Positions 21,594 through 31,313 of a DNA stretch of 64,000 nt are shown piece after piece (the first letter of the stretch is position 1; each line of letters opens with the position of its first letter). The position numbers and the translations under genes were made by a program. The notes below the pieces were generated by a model. It was not told the DNA's origin and searched no databases. It saw nothing but the letters and a program-made list of their open reading frames with translations. The DNA comes from an uncultured virus (IMG/VR IMGVR_UViG_3300025120_014716) (taxonomy: Duplodnaviria > Heunggongvirae > Uroviricota > Caudoviricetes): the IMG/VR virus record IMGVR_UViG_3300025120_014716, one strand, 5' to 3'.

Positions 21594-24500
21594 ATGCCAA
21601 CAACTAATTTAGGACAAATTTCAGCAATACACATTGGAACTACTGCACCATCAAATACAAAAATGATGTGGTATGATGACAATGTTGGTCAAAAAATATT
21701 AAAGTACTATGACATTGGAACAACAACCTGGAAGTCATTTGATGGAGTAGGTGTCTATTTGCCAATTGCAGGTGGAACGGTAACAGGTTTTGTTACATTG
21801 CATGCAAATCCAACAGCAAATTTACATGCAGCTACAAAGCAGTATGTTGATTCTGCAGTATCAGGAGCAGGAGGAACATTGGCAGGAGTACTTACAGGAG
21901 CAAATATTACTGGAGGAACTGACATTGTTATTAGTAATGGTGATACTTTAAATTTTTCTGTAGGGTCTGGAGGTAATTTAACTTCAGCAAGCACAACTGG
22001 GTCCAGGACCTGGACATTGCCAGATGTAAGTGGAACTTTATTGTTGGGTACTGGTACAGCAGGAAGGGTTGTAAGATGGGGTGCAGGAAATTCCTTGACT
22101 GAGGGAGTTCTACTTGACAGTGGAACTACAGCAGGTGCAGGTGTAATAAATGGATCAGTTCTATTTAATTCAGAGGGAACAAAAGCAGTGGCACTATCTG
22201 GTAAGTCAGCAAATACTACAAGTGGTATTGGTGTATATGGTGAGGCAAATGGAACTGCATCAGGCATAAATTATGGAAGTAGTTTTGGAGCCAGTGGAGG
22301 TGCAAGTAACTATTCTGCATATGGTATTGCAGATGGAGGATCAGTATCAAAAAATGCATATGGTGCCTACTTTGAAAGTAAAAACAGTGAAGGTATCCAG
22401 GTAGGTTCCTGGGGAGCAGTAACTGCATCATCAGCAACTCCAACAAAAGCAATTGGGGTAATGGGTTCATCCACTGTGGCTGCAGATGTAGCAGGTGCTA
22501 ACATTGCAGGTGCTTTTATATTACAGTCAAATGGGGGCACAGTAACTCCTGCAGACTTTATACAAAACAGGTCTGCAGTACAGGCTTATGTTAAGGGTAC
22601 TGGTATAACTACAGATCAGTATGCAGGTACTTTTTACAACCTTGCAACAAACTCAGCAACAAACACAGGTTTAATTGTATCTGCACAGAATGGAACAACA
22701 GCCAACTATGCAATACTTACAGCAGGAGGAAAGTCAGGTTTTGGGGTGCAGACTCCTACAAAAATGGTTGAGATCAGCAATGATCCTATTTCATCAGGTT
22801 TCATAACCTTTAATACTGCAGCTACATCCAATTACAATTTTGATATTTCTGTAAGTAATTCAGGTGCCAGGTTAAGTACAAGTCTTGTAGGTAGAAACAT
22901 TGAAATATCTTCTAACTCTGTAAGACTTTCAACATTTTTATCTACAGGAGGTGGTTTGGCAGTTGGTCCACATACATCAGTAAGTTCTCACTTACATGTT
23001 AAGTATGGTGGAGGTTTGGCAAATGCAGATGGGTCCATAAGAGGTACCATGAGCAATAACACTCCATATGTTTATGCAACTCCTGCACTAAATAATTCCC
23101 TGGTACTTGAAAATGAAGACTTAACTGCAAATAACAGTTCAGTTGTTGTTTTTAGAGGAAAAGATACAGGTGGTACTGTAAAGAATTTGGCATACATGGG
23201 TGCTTTATACCATACCAGAGTAGGTTCAAGTGCATCAGCAGATTTAATATTTGGTACTGCAGCAGCAAATACCATTTCTGAGGCAATGAGAATACATTCC
23301 ACTGGAAATGTAAGTATTGGTGCAGAGACAAGTACAGACAGACTTCATGTACTTTCAGATGTCGATGCACAAAAGGGTATTGTAGCCAGACAAGACAATA
23401 CAGGAACAAATGCCAAGTCATTTATACAAGTGGCATCCTTAGACTCTGGTACTGATTATACAATAGGGAGTTTAATCTCATCAGCAACAGGATCAGTTGG
23501 ATCTGGTACCTGGGCAGGAGAGCAAAAATACTTTGAAAAAGCAGTACATCTTATTTCAGATGGTGTACCAGGAGCAATAAATATATATGCAAGGGGAACA
23601 ACCTCTCCATTTAGGTTATTTACTGGAGGTCTTAGCTATAGTGAGTCAAACTTAAGGCTTACCGTTGATCAAGCAGGTAAGTTTGGATTTAACCTTGCTA
23701 AGGCAGGGTACACAGGTACAGCAGTTGATACTCAGTTAAGTGACTTTCATGTTGGTACAGGGGCATTATTCCAAACAACTGGAACCACTGCAGGTGATAG
23801 CTTTATAGTTCAATCACATGAGTCAGTGTCAAACCAGGGAGGTCTTGTTATTACAAACTCATCATTATTTGGTACAGGACTAACTAATATTGGAGGTTTT
23901 AAATTTGTTGCAAAAAATAATTCAGCAACTGGAGGTTTTTCAGATGATGAGTTAACCTTTGGTTTGGTTGATGCCTCTGCACCAAGTACTTTCATAAACT
24001 CACTATTGTATTTTAATGGTGGTAAAGTTGGTGTTGGTGAGACAGTGGCAAATGAAACACTCACCGTTGGAGGGGCAATGTCATTAAAAAGCATAGGTTC
24101 TACAGTTACAGCTACCTCAACTTATGGAAAGGTATTTGTGAAACCAGACAATGACATATACTTTCTTAAGTCAGATGGGACTGAATATAAATTAAACCAG
24201 GACCCAGGACTTACAGGAGCAGGTGTCGAGAACCAGGTAGCAGTGTATAGTGGTGTTTCTACTACTCAACTTGAAGGTGATGCAAATTTTACCTGGGATG
24301 GTACAACTCTTACAGTAACTGGGGACTTGGTTGTAGGTGGAACAACAACAACAGTAAATAGTACTACAGTAACCGTAAAGGATCCAGTTTTTACTATAGG
24401 TGATGATGCAGTAAATGATGCCAAGGACAGAGGTGTTGAGTTTAAATATAATTCAGGAGGAGCAAAAGTTGGCTTTTTTGGTCATGATGACTCACTTGGA

Positions 24501-27431
24501 AGGTTTACCTATATAAAAGAGGCAACAAACACAGCAGAGGTGTTTTCAGGGACTCCAGGTGATGCAATGTTTGGAACTGCATATTTAAGTGGACTTAACC
24601 TGGGAACAGGATCTGTGGCTACATACTTTATGACTACAGATGGATCTGGAGCAGGATCATGGGGAACTATAAATGATTTAGTAATAGACTCAACTCCAGT
24701 TGGAACCACTGACTTTGTAATGGTGTGGGATGCATCAGCAAATGACCATAAAAAAGTACTCCTTTCAGTAATATCTGCAGGAGCATCACATAACTTACTT
24801 GATGGTGTAACACATCCAGATACTCAAGCAGCAGTGGTCCAAAGAGGTGATCTTATTGTTGGTAAGGGAAGTACTGCAAAATGGGATAGGTTAGCAAAAG
24901 GAACAGCAAGTCAATACCTTAAGTCAGATGGTACTGACTTACTTTGGGGAACAATAGACATATCTGAGGTTGCAAATGCAATTGATGGGTCTGGTACTTT
25001 AAACCAGGTGGCTTATTGGTCAGATTCAGATACACTTACTTCAAGTGCCAACTTCATTTTTGATGGCTCAAATGCATCATTATTTGGTGCAACTGTAGCA
25101 GGATCAGGACTACATATAAATGATCCAGGATCATCAAAAACAACAGCCTTAAGCGTTAACAATTTTGCAAATAGTGCAGGATCAGAAAACTATGGGGTGT
25201 TATCATCAGTAGGAAGTGGAGGTGCATATGATGCAATAGGTATTTATGGTCTTGTTACCACAGGGGGAAGTACAACTCAAAGCATTGGTATTTACGGTAA
25301 GGCAGTAGCCTCATCAGCAGGTGTCAATATTGGAGGTAAGTTTCAAGTGTCAAACTCAGGATCTGGAGCACACTACTCTTTACAGTTGATTGATGGAAAT
25401 GAAGGTACTACAGGAAGATTTTTCAAGAATGTTACTACAGTAGGTCAGGGTCAGTGGGCAGATGTTGTTTTGGCAGATGTAACAGATGTGACAGCTACAG
25501 CAGCAGAGGTTAACTTGTTAGACTTAGCAGGATTAACTACAGGACATGTATTAGCAGCAGATTCAGCAACAACAGCATCCTGGAGAAAATTACTTGGATC
25601 TGAGATCACAAATGATGTAAACTTTGTAAATGGATCAGGATCAGCAAATCAATTAGCATACTTTACTGACTCAGATACACTGGCATCAAGTTCAAGTGTT
25701 ACTTGGAATGGAGCCAAGTTCCAAGTTTTAAAAGCTACTCAAAATGACATTGTACAATTTGAAGAGACAGGAGGTAAGTTGATTTTTGGTGGAGCAACTG
25801 GAACAGGAAATGGAGGCTCAAACCTTATACAACAAACTAAATTCAATACTGGTTCATCTACAGTTAGTGAGCACAGAGATTTTGGTGGAAATATTGGTCT
25901 TCAATTTGTAAACTTTACTACCACAGGTGGACTTAATAGCTATGGGGTTATTGAATACAAAAAAACAGATGGTACTTTGTATATTCATTCAGGTGATGAC
26001 ATACTTGTTGGTGGAAAAGATACTCTTACCTTGGGTCATGGTTTGGCAACTGCCAGTACAAGAAGACTCTTTGAAAATATAAGACTAAACACTACAGATG
26101 AAATAAAATTAACATCAGGAGCAGGAATTTTTAAAATTACAGGGGTAACTGGAACAAATGGGTCCACTACTTTTGAAGATACCTCAAGTGTAACTGAAGG
26201 TATTCAATATGCTGCAAATTATGGTGGATCTTTTACAGATAGATCTCTTATTGATAAAGGTTTTGCAGATGGAAGGTATGCCTTAACAGCATCAGGTTTA
26301 GCCAATGGAGATAAGGGAGATATTACAGTGTCTGGTACAGGTTCAGATACCTGGACAATAGACAATGATGTAGTTACTTTTGCTAAAATGCAAAATGTAA
26401 ATACTTCGAGTATTCTTGGAAGATATAGTGCAAGTTCTGGAGATGTAGAGCAATTAAGTATTGGCACAGGTCTTAACTTAAGTGGAGGAGGTGATTTAAC
26501 TGCAGATCTTAGTGGAAGTGGTGCATCAGGAAGGTCTGCAAGGTTTACAGGAACAAATGTATTGGGAACTGGATCTTTTTATGACAATGGAACAAAAGTG
26601 TCTATAGGTGCTGCACTATCAGGATCAAATGATGCAGCAATTATGGTTACAGGAACTACAAATAGTGGCTCACTTTATGCAACAAATACAAATACAAGTG
26701 GACTTTCTAATGCAATTCAGGCATTAGTAAATAGTAACAATAACAATAATTCAAACTATGGTATTTGGTCAAGGACAACAAATCCTTCAGCAAATGGAGT
26801 GGCATATGCATTTGTTGGAGAGGCACAGGATGTGTCTTCAAATACATTGACAGTATTAAACGGAAGTACATCATTAAAGAATGCAGGAGGTATCTTCAGG
26901 GCAAATATTACTGGTACAAATACAGCATACGGTGTCGTAGGTGTAGCAGAGTCATTAGCTGCCCAGAGTAATGCAACTTATGTTGGTGGTAGGTTTATTG
27001 CAAAGAGAGCAGGTGCAAATTATGCCTTACAATTAGACGATTCAAGCCAGGCAGTAGGTAAGTATCTTAGGTGTGTTTCTACCACTGGTTATGCCTTATG
27101 GCAAGATGGTGATGAACTTACAAAGTCTTTATACCTGGAAGATCCTACAGCTACAGATGACATAGGTATGTGGGAACCAGGTGTGGCAATTACAATAACC
27201 AAAGTAGTGGTTGAAATAATTGGGTCAGGAACAATTGACTTTAATATTGGACATAGTAGTAACCAGGCAACTGACTTGTTTACAAGTGATGTACAGGCAA
27301 CAACAACAAAACAAACACTAACAAGTTTTGCTGATGCATCATGTAATGCAGCTAACTACATACATTTTCAGGCAAGTGCTAAGGGAGGGTCTCCATCAGC
27401 TATAAAAATGACAATAACTTATACAGAATAA
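21594..27431 (+). CDS. Large modular tail fibre (1945 aa)
   Basis: Gly/Ser/Thr/Ala-rich; YLPIAGGTVTG...HAATKQYVD; repeated GxxNQxAYxxDSDTL linkers. Confidence 0.8.
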   Translation: MPTTNLGQISAIHIGTTAPSNTKMMWYDDNVGQKILKYYDIGTTTWKSFDGVGVYLPIAGGTVTGFVTLHANPTANLHAATKQYVDSAVSGAGGTLAGVLTGANITGGTDIVISNGDTLNFSVGSGGNLTSASTTGSRTWTLPDVSGTLLLGTGTAGRVVRWGAGNSLTEGVLLDSGTTAGAGVINGSVLFNSEGTKAVALSGKSANTTSGIGVYGEANGTASGINYGSSFGASGGASNYSAYGIADGGSVSKNAYGAYFESKNSEGIQVGSWGAVTASSATPTKAIGVMGSSTVAADVAGANIAGAFILQSNGGTVTPADFIQNRSAVQAYVKGTGITTDQYAGTFYNLATNSATNTGLIVSAQNGTTANYAILTAGGKSGFGVQTPTKMVEISNDPISSGFITFNTAATSNYNFDISVSNSGARLSTSLVGRNIEISSNSVRLSTFLSTGGGLAVGPHTSVSSHLHVKYGGGLANADGSIRGTMSNNTPYVYATPALNNSLVLENEDLTANNSSVVVFRGKDTGGTVKNLAYMGALYHTRVGSSASADLIFGTAAANTISEAMRIHSTGNVSIGAETSTDRLHVLSDVDAQKGIVARQDNTGTNAKSFIQVASLDSGTDYTIGSLISSATGSVGSGTWAGEQKYFEKAVHLISDGVPGAINIYARGTTSPFRLFTGGLSYSESNLRLTVDQAGKFGFNLAKAGYTGTAVDTQLSDFHVGTGALFQTTGTTAGDSFIVQSHESVSNQGGLVITNSSLFGTGLTNIGGFKFVAKNNSATGGFSDDELTFGLVDASAPSTFINSLLYFNGGKVGVGETVANETLTVGGAMSLKSIGSTVTATSTYGKVFVKPDNDIYFLKSDGTEYKLNQDPGLTGAGVENQVAVYSGVSTTQLEGDANFTWDGTTLTVTGDLVVGGTTTTVNSTTVTVKDPVFTIGDDAVNDAKDRGVEFKYNSGGAKVGFFGHDDSLGRFTYIKEATNTAEVFSGTPGDAMFGTAYLSGLNLGTGSVATYFMTTDGSGAGSWGTINDLVIDSTPVGTTDFVMVWDASANDHKKVLLSVISAGASHNLLDGVTHPDTQAAVVQRGDLIVGKGSTAKWDRLAKGTASQYLKSDGTDLLWGTIDISEVANAIDGSGTLNQVAYWSDSDTLTSSANFIFDGSNASLFGATVAGSGLHINDPGSSKTTALSVNNFANSAGSENYGVLSSVGSGGAYDAIGIYGLVTTGGSTTQSIGIYGKAVASSAGVNIGGKFQVSNSGSGAHYSLQLIDGNEGTTGRFFKNVTTVGQGQWADVVLADVTDVTATAAEVNLLDLAGLTTGHVLAADSATTASWRKLLGSEITNDVNFVNGSGSANQLAYFTDSDTLASSSSVTWNGAKFQVLKATQNDIVQFEETGGKLIFGGATGTGNGGSNLIQQTKFNTGSSTVSEHRDFGGNIGLQFVNFTTTGGLNSYGVIEYKKTDGTLYIHSGDDILVGGKDTLTLGHGLATASTRRLFENIRLNTTDEIKLTSGAGIFKITGVTGTNGSTTFEDTSSVTEGIQYAANYGGSFTDRSLIDKGFADGRYALTASGLANGDKGDITVSGTGSDTWTIDNDVVTFAKMQNVNTSSILGRYSASSGDVEQLSIGTGLNLSGGGDLTADLSGSGASGRSARFTGTNVLGTGSFYDNGTKVSIGAALSGSNDAAIMVTGTTNSGSLYATNTNTSGLSNAIQALVNSNNNNNSNYGIWSRTTNPSANGVAYAFVGEAQDVSSNTLTVLNGSTSLKNAGGIFRANITGTNTAYGVVGVAESLAAQSNATYVGGRFIAKRAGANYALQLDDSSQAVGKYLRCVSTTGYALWQDGDELTKSLYLEDPTATDDIGMWEPGVAITITKVVVEIIGSGTIDFNIGHSSNQATDLFTSDVQATTTKQTLTSFADASCNAANYIHFQASAKGGSPSAIKMTITYTE

Positions 27432-27432
27432 T

Positions 27433-27723
27433 ATGTATGCAGTAATAAATAAAATAACATTGGGTCCTGGTCCAGGAGAATATCAATTTACTGAAGTTGG
27501 TTATACAGTAGATTTTTCTTTGAAAGATGAAATAAATGATACATATGATTCATCTATGGGTGCTTATATTGAAAGCAACATAGAGGGTTTGGTGTCAGGT
27601 GAAATTGACATTTCAACATTTTTTATTGAAAATAATCTTGAGTATGTATATATAGCCAATACAGAGGTTTATGATGAGGAGGACCTTAAAGGAGTAGAGG
27701 TAACAAATATAAACCAATTATAA
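27433..27723 (+). CDS. Small acidic hypothetical protein (possible fibre chaperone)
   Basis: Clean ORF directly after the fibre gene. Confidence 0.45.
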   Translation: MYAVINKITLGPGPGEYQFTEVGYTVDFSLKDEINDTYDSSMGAYIESNIEGLVSGEIDISTFFIENNLEYVYIANTEVYDEEDLKGVEVTNINQL

Positions 27724-27724
27724 T

Positions 27725-28738
27725 ATGGCACTTTTTGCAGGTCAAAAAACAATAAATAAAACAACTGCAGGTAACAGTGGAATAGTTACTTTTAATCATA
27801 GTCAAAATACTGGATCTAATGGATTCCTTGTTATAGCAGTGGCTCATAATAAGTCTAATCAGATAAGTAACATTAAGTATAATAATGTTCAGCTAACTGC
27901 AAGTTTGTACTATAATGGAGGTACTAACAAATATGGATACTTTGTATTAGCCAATCCTGCCACAGGATCAAACCAGGTTAAGGTAACCTTTACAGGACAG
28001 GCATGGAATCCATTGGCAACACATGTTTATTCATTCACAGGAGCACAGCCTTCTCCTGGGCAAATTGGAAACAATGATGTGGCAAATGTACCTCACTCAA
28101 GAACAAGAACAGGAATAGCAGCAAACTCAAGAATGCTATTAATGGGAGTTACTACTACAAACATAACTCAGTCAGGTTGGACAATAGGTGGTCAGGCTTT
28201 AACTAAAAGAAATGTTCAATCAATTACTGGTAAAGTAGGGGTTGGTCTTTCTACTCAGTCATTATCTGCAGGATCTGTAGTGGCAATTACAACTGCACAA
28301 ACAGGAGTAGGAAATAAACTTAGTAACACTACTTTAGAGGTGCTTGAGTTTGTGGCAACAACTCCATCATTTTCAGTTAGTCCTTCTTCAGTAAGTGGAA
28401 TGTCTTATGTATTTGGGAATGGACCTTCTGCAGAGTCAACTACTACTTTTACTATTAATGGATCAGACTTAACTGCAAATGTAGTTTTTACCATTCCAAG
28501 TTCATTTGAGGCAACTTTAACTTCTGGTAGTTCTTATAGCAATAGCTTAACTTTACCTCAAAGTCCTTCAGGAACAATAACAAATTTAACTGTTTATGTT
28601 AGGGCAAAAAATGGTTTAAGTCAAGGTACTACTAATGAAACAGGAAGTGTTGCAACTACAGGGGCAGCAACTCAAAATTTCCAATTTACAGTTAGTGTAA
28701 CTGCACCTGCAGCTAACAGGAGAATAATAATAGTTTAA
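27725..28738 (+). CDS. Beta-rich virion accessory/receptor-binding-like protein with Ig-like C-terminal domain
   Basis: Thr/Ser/Gly/Asn-rich; FTINGSDLTANV...LTVYVR Ig-like pattern. Confidence 0.55.
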   Translation: MALFAGQKTINKTTAGNSGIVTFNHSQNTGSNGFLVIAVAHNKSNQISNIKYNNVQLTASLYYNGGTNKYGYFVLANPATGSNQVKVTFTGQAWNPLATHVYSFTGAQPSPGQIGNNDVANVPHSRTRTGIAANSRMLLMGVTTTNITQSGWTIGGQALTKRNVQSITGKVGVGLSTQSLSAGSVVAITTAQTGVGNKLSNTTLEVLEFVATTPSFSVSPSSVSGMSYVFGNGPSAESTTTFTINGSDLTANVVFTIPSSFEATLTSGSSYSNSLTLPQSPSGTITNLTVYVRAKNGLSQGTTNETGSVATTGAATQNFQFTVSVTAPAANRRIIIV

Positions 28739-28815
28739 AAATATAAGTTTAAGCGTTATACTCAATTTACTTTTGTATATTAGCAAAAACAATTAATTTT
28801 TAATAGAAAAATAGT

Positions 28816-29337
28816 ATGGTAGAAATGGTACAAAAGATCGAAAAAGAAGGGTTCCCAAATGTTCAATTGTCTGGGTGTGTTAATTTGTTAGCACAGTTAC
28901 AGGAAATGAATCCAATTTCATTTGAAATATCCAGGGCACATAAAAAGTTTGACATTGCACTAACTGAGTTTTCAGAGTCTGAGCAGCAACTTTTCAATGA
29001 GTACTTGGTGGTTGATGAAAAAGGAAAGTTTGAGTTAAAGAAAGAAACTGCAGATAAAATTGTAGAGGCTCAGTCAAAAGGATTGCAGGTTTCTCCTACA
29101 ATAGAGGGGTTTGTCATGAAACCAGATTTGGACTTTTCAGAGTTTAGTGAAAAGCATCAAGAGTTGAGGTTAACTAAAATTGACATAAAGGTAATGGCAG
29201 TAAATGCCAGGACTAAGATTGTAAGTGTAGAGGGGGAAGGACAAAAACCTTTATTTGAGGTTTTATCTAAGTACTTTACATCAGGACAGATCCTTGCATT
29301 GGAGGAAATGGGCATACTTACAAACTTAGATGATTAA
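28816..29337 (+). CDS. Hypothetical protein
   Basis: Clean acidic ORF with a promoter-like box upstream. Confidence 0.55.
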   Translation: MVEMVQKIEKEGFPNVQLSGCVNLLAQLQEMNPISFEISRAHKKFDIALTEFSESEQQLFNEYLVVDEKGKFELKKETADKIVEAQSKGLQVSPTIEGFVMKPDLDFSEFSEKHQELRLTKIDIKVMAVNARTKIVSVEGEGQKPLFEVLSKYFTSGQILALEEMGILTNLDD

Positions 29338-31304
29338 TGGCAATAGTTGAAAATAGGGCATCAGAAATTGGGGATATAATAGTAATTAAGGCAGGGGTAC
29401 CAATCATTGGATTGGTCACCTTAGCCTCATTTACAGATACTTTAATTGGGGTAACTGGTACTCGATTTTTTGAAAAAGAGTTTAGGTATTCAGTTGATGG
29501 AGTTAACTACTCTCCCTGGGTTCCTTTAACAAACTCAAATATATCATCCATATCAGTAACTCCCACAATTACTTTTTTAATAGAGTATAGGTACAAAAGG
29601 ATTGGATCAGATACAACAGGTGACCTTGAGTTCAAAGAGGTTGAGGTAAATGGGTCCTATTCAGATGTAAATTGTGGTCAGGCATTTAATAATTCAGTGT
29701 TTGCTCAGTTAGGAATAAAGTGTACAGACTTATGTGTACTATCCTGGATGATAAATGTCCTGGAGAAAATATATAAAGAGGGCATACTTCCAAGATACTT
29801 TGATAGGGGTGATGATGGAAATCAAAACAACCAGGACCAGGACTTTGTTGAGTTCTGGAAGTCAATAACTCAATATTTTGCATATATTGTGTGCTATGCC
29901 AGGAAGTTTGAACTTTCAGATGTTACTTCAAATTATGAAATACTTAAGCAGTATCTGGAGACTCAAACATTTTATTTTTGTGGATCTGAGACTATAGGTG
30001 AACTTACATACATCATGAATAATACCTATGATGAAATGAGGCACAGAGGTACCTATGAGATCATAAAGGATAAGGTTCTGGACAGTAGAAGTGTTGATGG
30101 GGAGTTATTAAGACTCCTTTGCTATAATTCTACAAAGTGTGGTGACTTTTATTTTTCAAAGGTGTTTAATTACAAACATGGTTGGGTTGTAAACCAGGCA
30201 TCTCCAATGTACAGGGGTAATTATTCAGACTCTAATCTTACAAAGGCATATGAGAAAACAGAGGATGTTGTTGATTTGGCAAAGTATCCATTGACATCTC
30301 CAGGTAACATTTCAATTGTAACAGATTCAGCTAAAAAAGTAATGCAGATTAATGCAATACCTGCAGGACAAGTTGGTGGAATACAGTATGACTCAAACTT
30401 TTCAAAATTAATAAAAGTAGATAAAAAATGGGATTATGAAATAACCTTCCAGGTTAAGCAGGAGGACCTTGATGATCTCCTTACATTTGGTATTGTTGGT
30501 TATGACATAAATGGCAATGTGGTAACAAATTCATTTAAGCAGGTGTTTCATGAGTTTGACTACAACTATTTTTTTACAAAGCATAAGTTAGGTAGAAATG
30601 ATAAATATTACCTGGTAAGAGGTATAATTTATGGAACTGAGTACAAAAAGCCATCTCATGCAGCAATGGCTGATTATAGGGTTGAGGTAACAAAGGATTT
30701 TAACTTTTTAGTTGTCTTTCCTCCTCCAGGACTTCCAAACTTCAACAACCTACCTCCTCAACATTTACAATTTAATGAAAAGGATGTGTGTTACATTTCT
30801 CCAATTGTTTTATTGGATAATGGAAGTGAGAGTGATGTTTCTGGGGCAATAAAAATTTATGATTTTAAAGTGAGACCATTGAGTACTTGCTACAGTACTG
30901 GATTTGTCCAGGGATCTAATTTCATAAAAACAAAAGGTACCAACAATAATCAGAATTATGACAATGACAAGGTGGTTGATGTGACCAGAGAGTTTCTCAT
31001 ACCATATAACACAGCACTTGACTTCAGGTTTACAAATCCATGTGAACCTACAAATGTGGAGGACTCAACAGCACTTAAGTTAACCTCAGATGACATAATA
31101 ACATCTCCTTTGACATCAAATCTTAATATTGGAGATAGGTACTTATTTTTAAACCAGGTTACAAAAAATATAACACTTAAAGAATATACAGCATTAAGTA
31201 CATGGACAGATACTGACAATTCTCAAGGAAATGTTACCTATGTAACTATGGGTAAAAATACTTATATTTATGAAGGAGGTACCTGGATATTCAACTGTAA
31301 ATAA
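29337..31304 (+). CDS. Baseplate wedge-like structural protein
   Basis: ILPRYF...DFVEFW...YDEMRHRGT..II (gpI-like) plus beta domains; tail cluster. Confidence 0.5.
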   Translation: MAIVENRASEIGDIIVIKAGVPIIGLVTLASFTDTLIGVTGTRFFEKEFRYSVDGVNYSPWVPLTNSNISSISVTPTITFLIEYRYKRIGSDTTGDLEFKEVEVNGSYSDVNCGQAFNNSVFAQLGIKCTDLCVLSWMINVLEKIYKEGILPRYFDRGDDGNQNNQDQDFVEFWKSITQYFAYIVCYARKFELSDVTSNYEILKQYLETQTFYFCGSETIGELTYIMNNTYDEMRHRGTYEIIKDKVLDSRSVDGELLRLLCYNSTKCGDFYFSKVFNYKHGWVVNQASPMYRGNYSDSNLTKAYEKTEDVVDLAKYPLTSPGNISIVTDSAKKVMQINAIPAGQVGGIQYDSNFSKLIKVDKKWDYEITFQVKQEDLDDLLTFGIVGYDINGNVVTNSFKQVFHEFDYNYFFTKHKLGRNDKYYLVRGIIYGTEYKKPSHAAMADYRVEVTKDFNFLVVFPPPGLPNFNNLPPQHLQFNEKDVCYISPIVLLDNGSESDVSGAIKIYDFKVRPLSTCYSTGFVQGSNFIKTKGTNNNQNYDNDKVVDVTREFLIPYNTALDFRFTNPCEPTNVEDSTALKLTSDDIITSPLTSNLNIGDRYLFLNQVTKNITLKEYTALSTWTDTDNSQGNVTYVTMGKNTYIYEGGTWIFNCK

Positions 31305-31313
31305 AAATATAAA

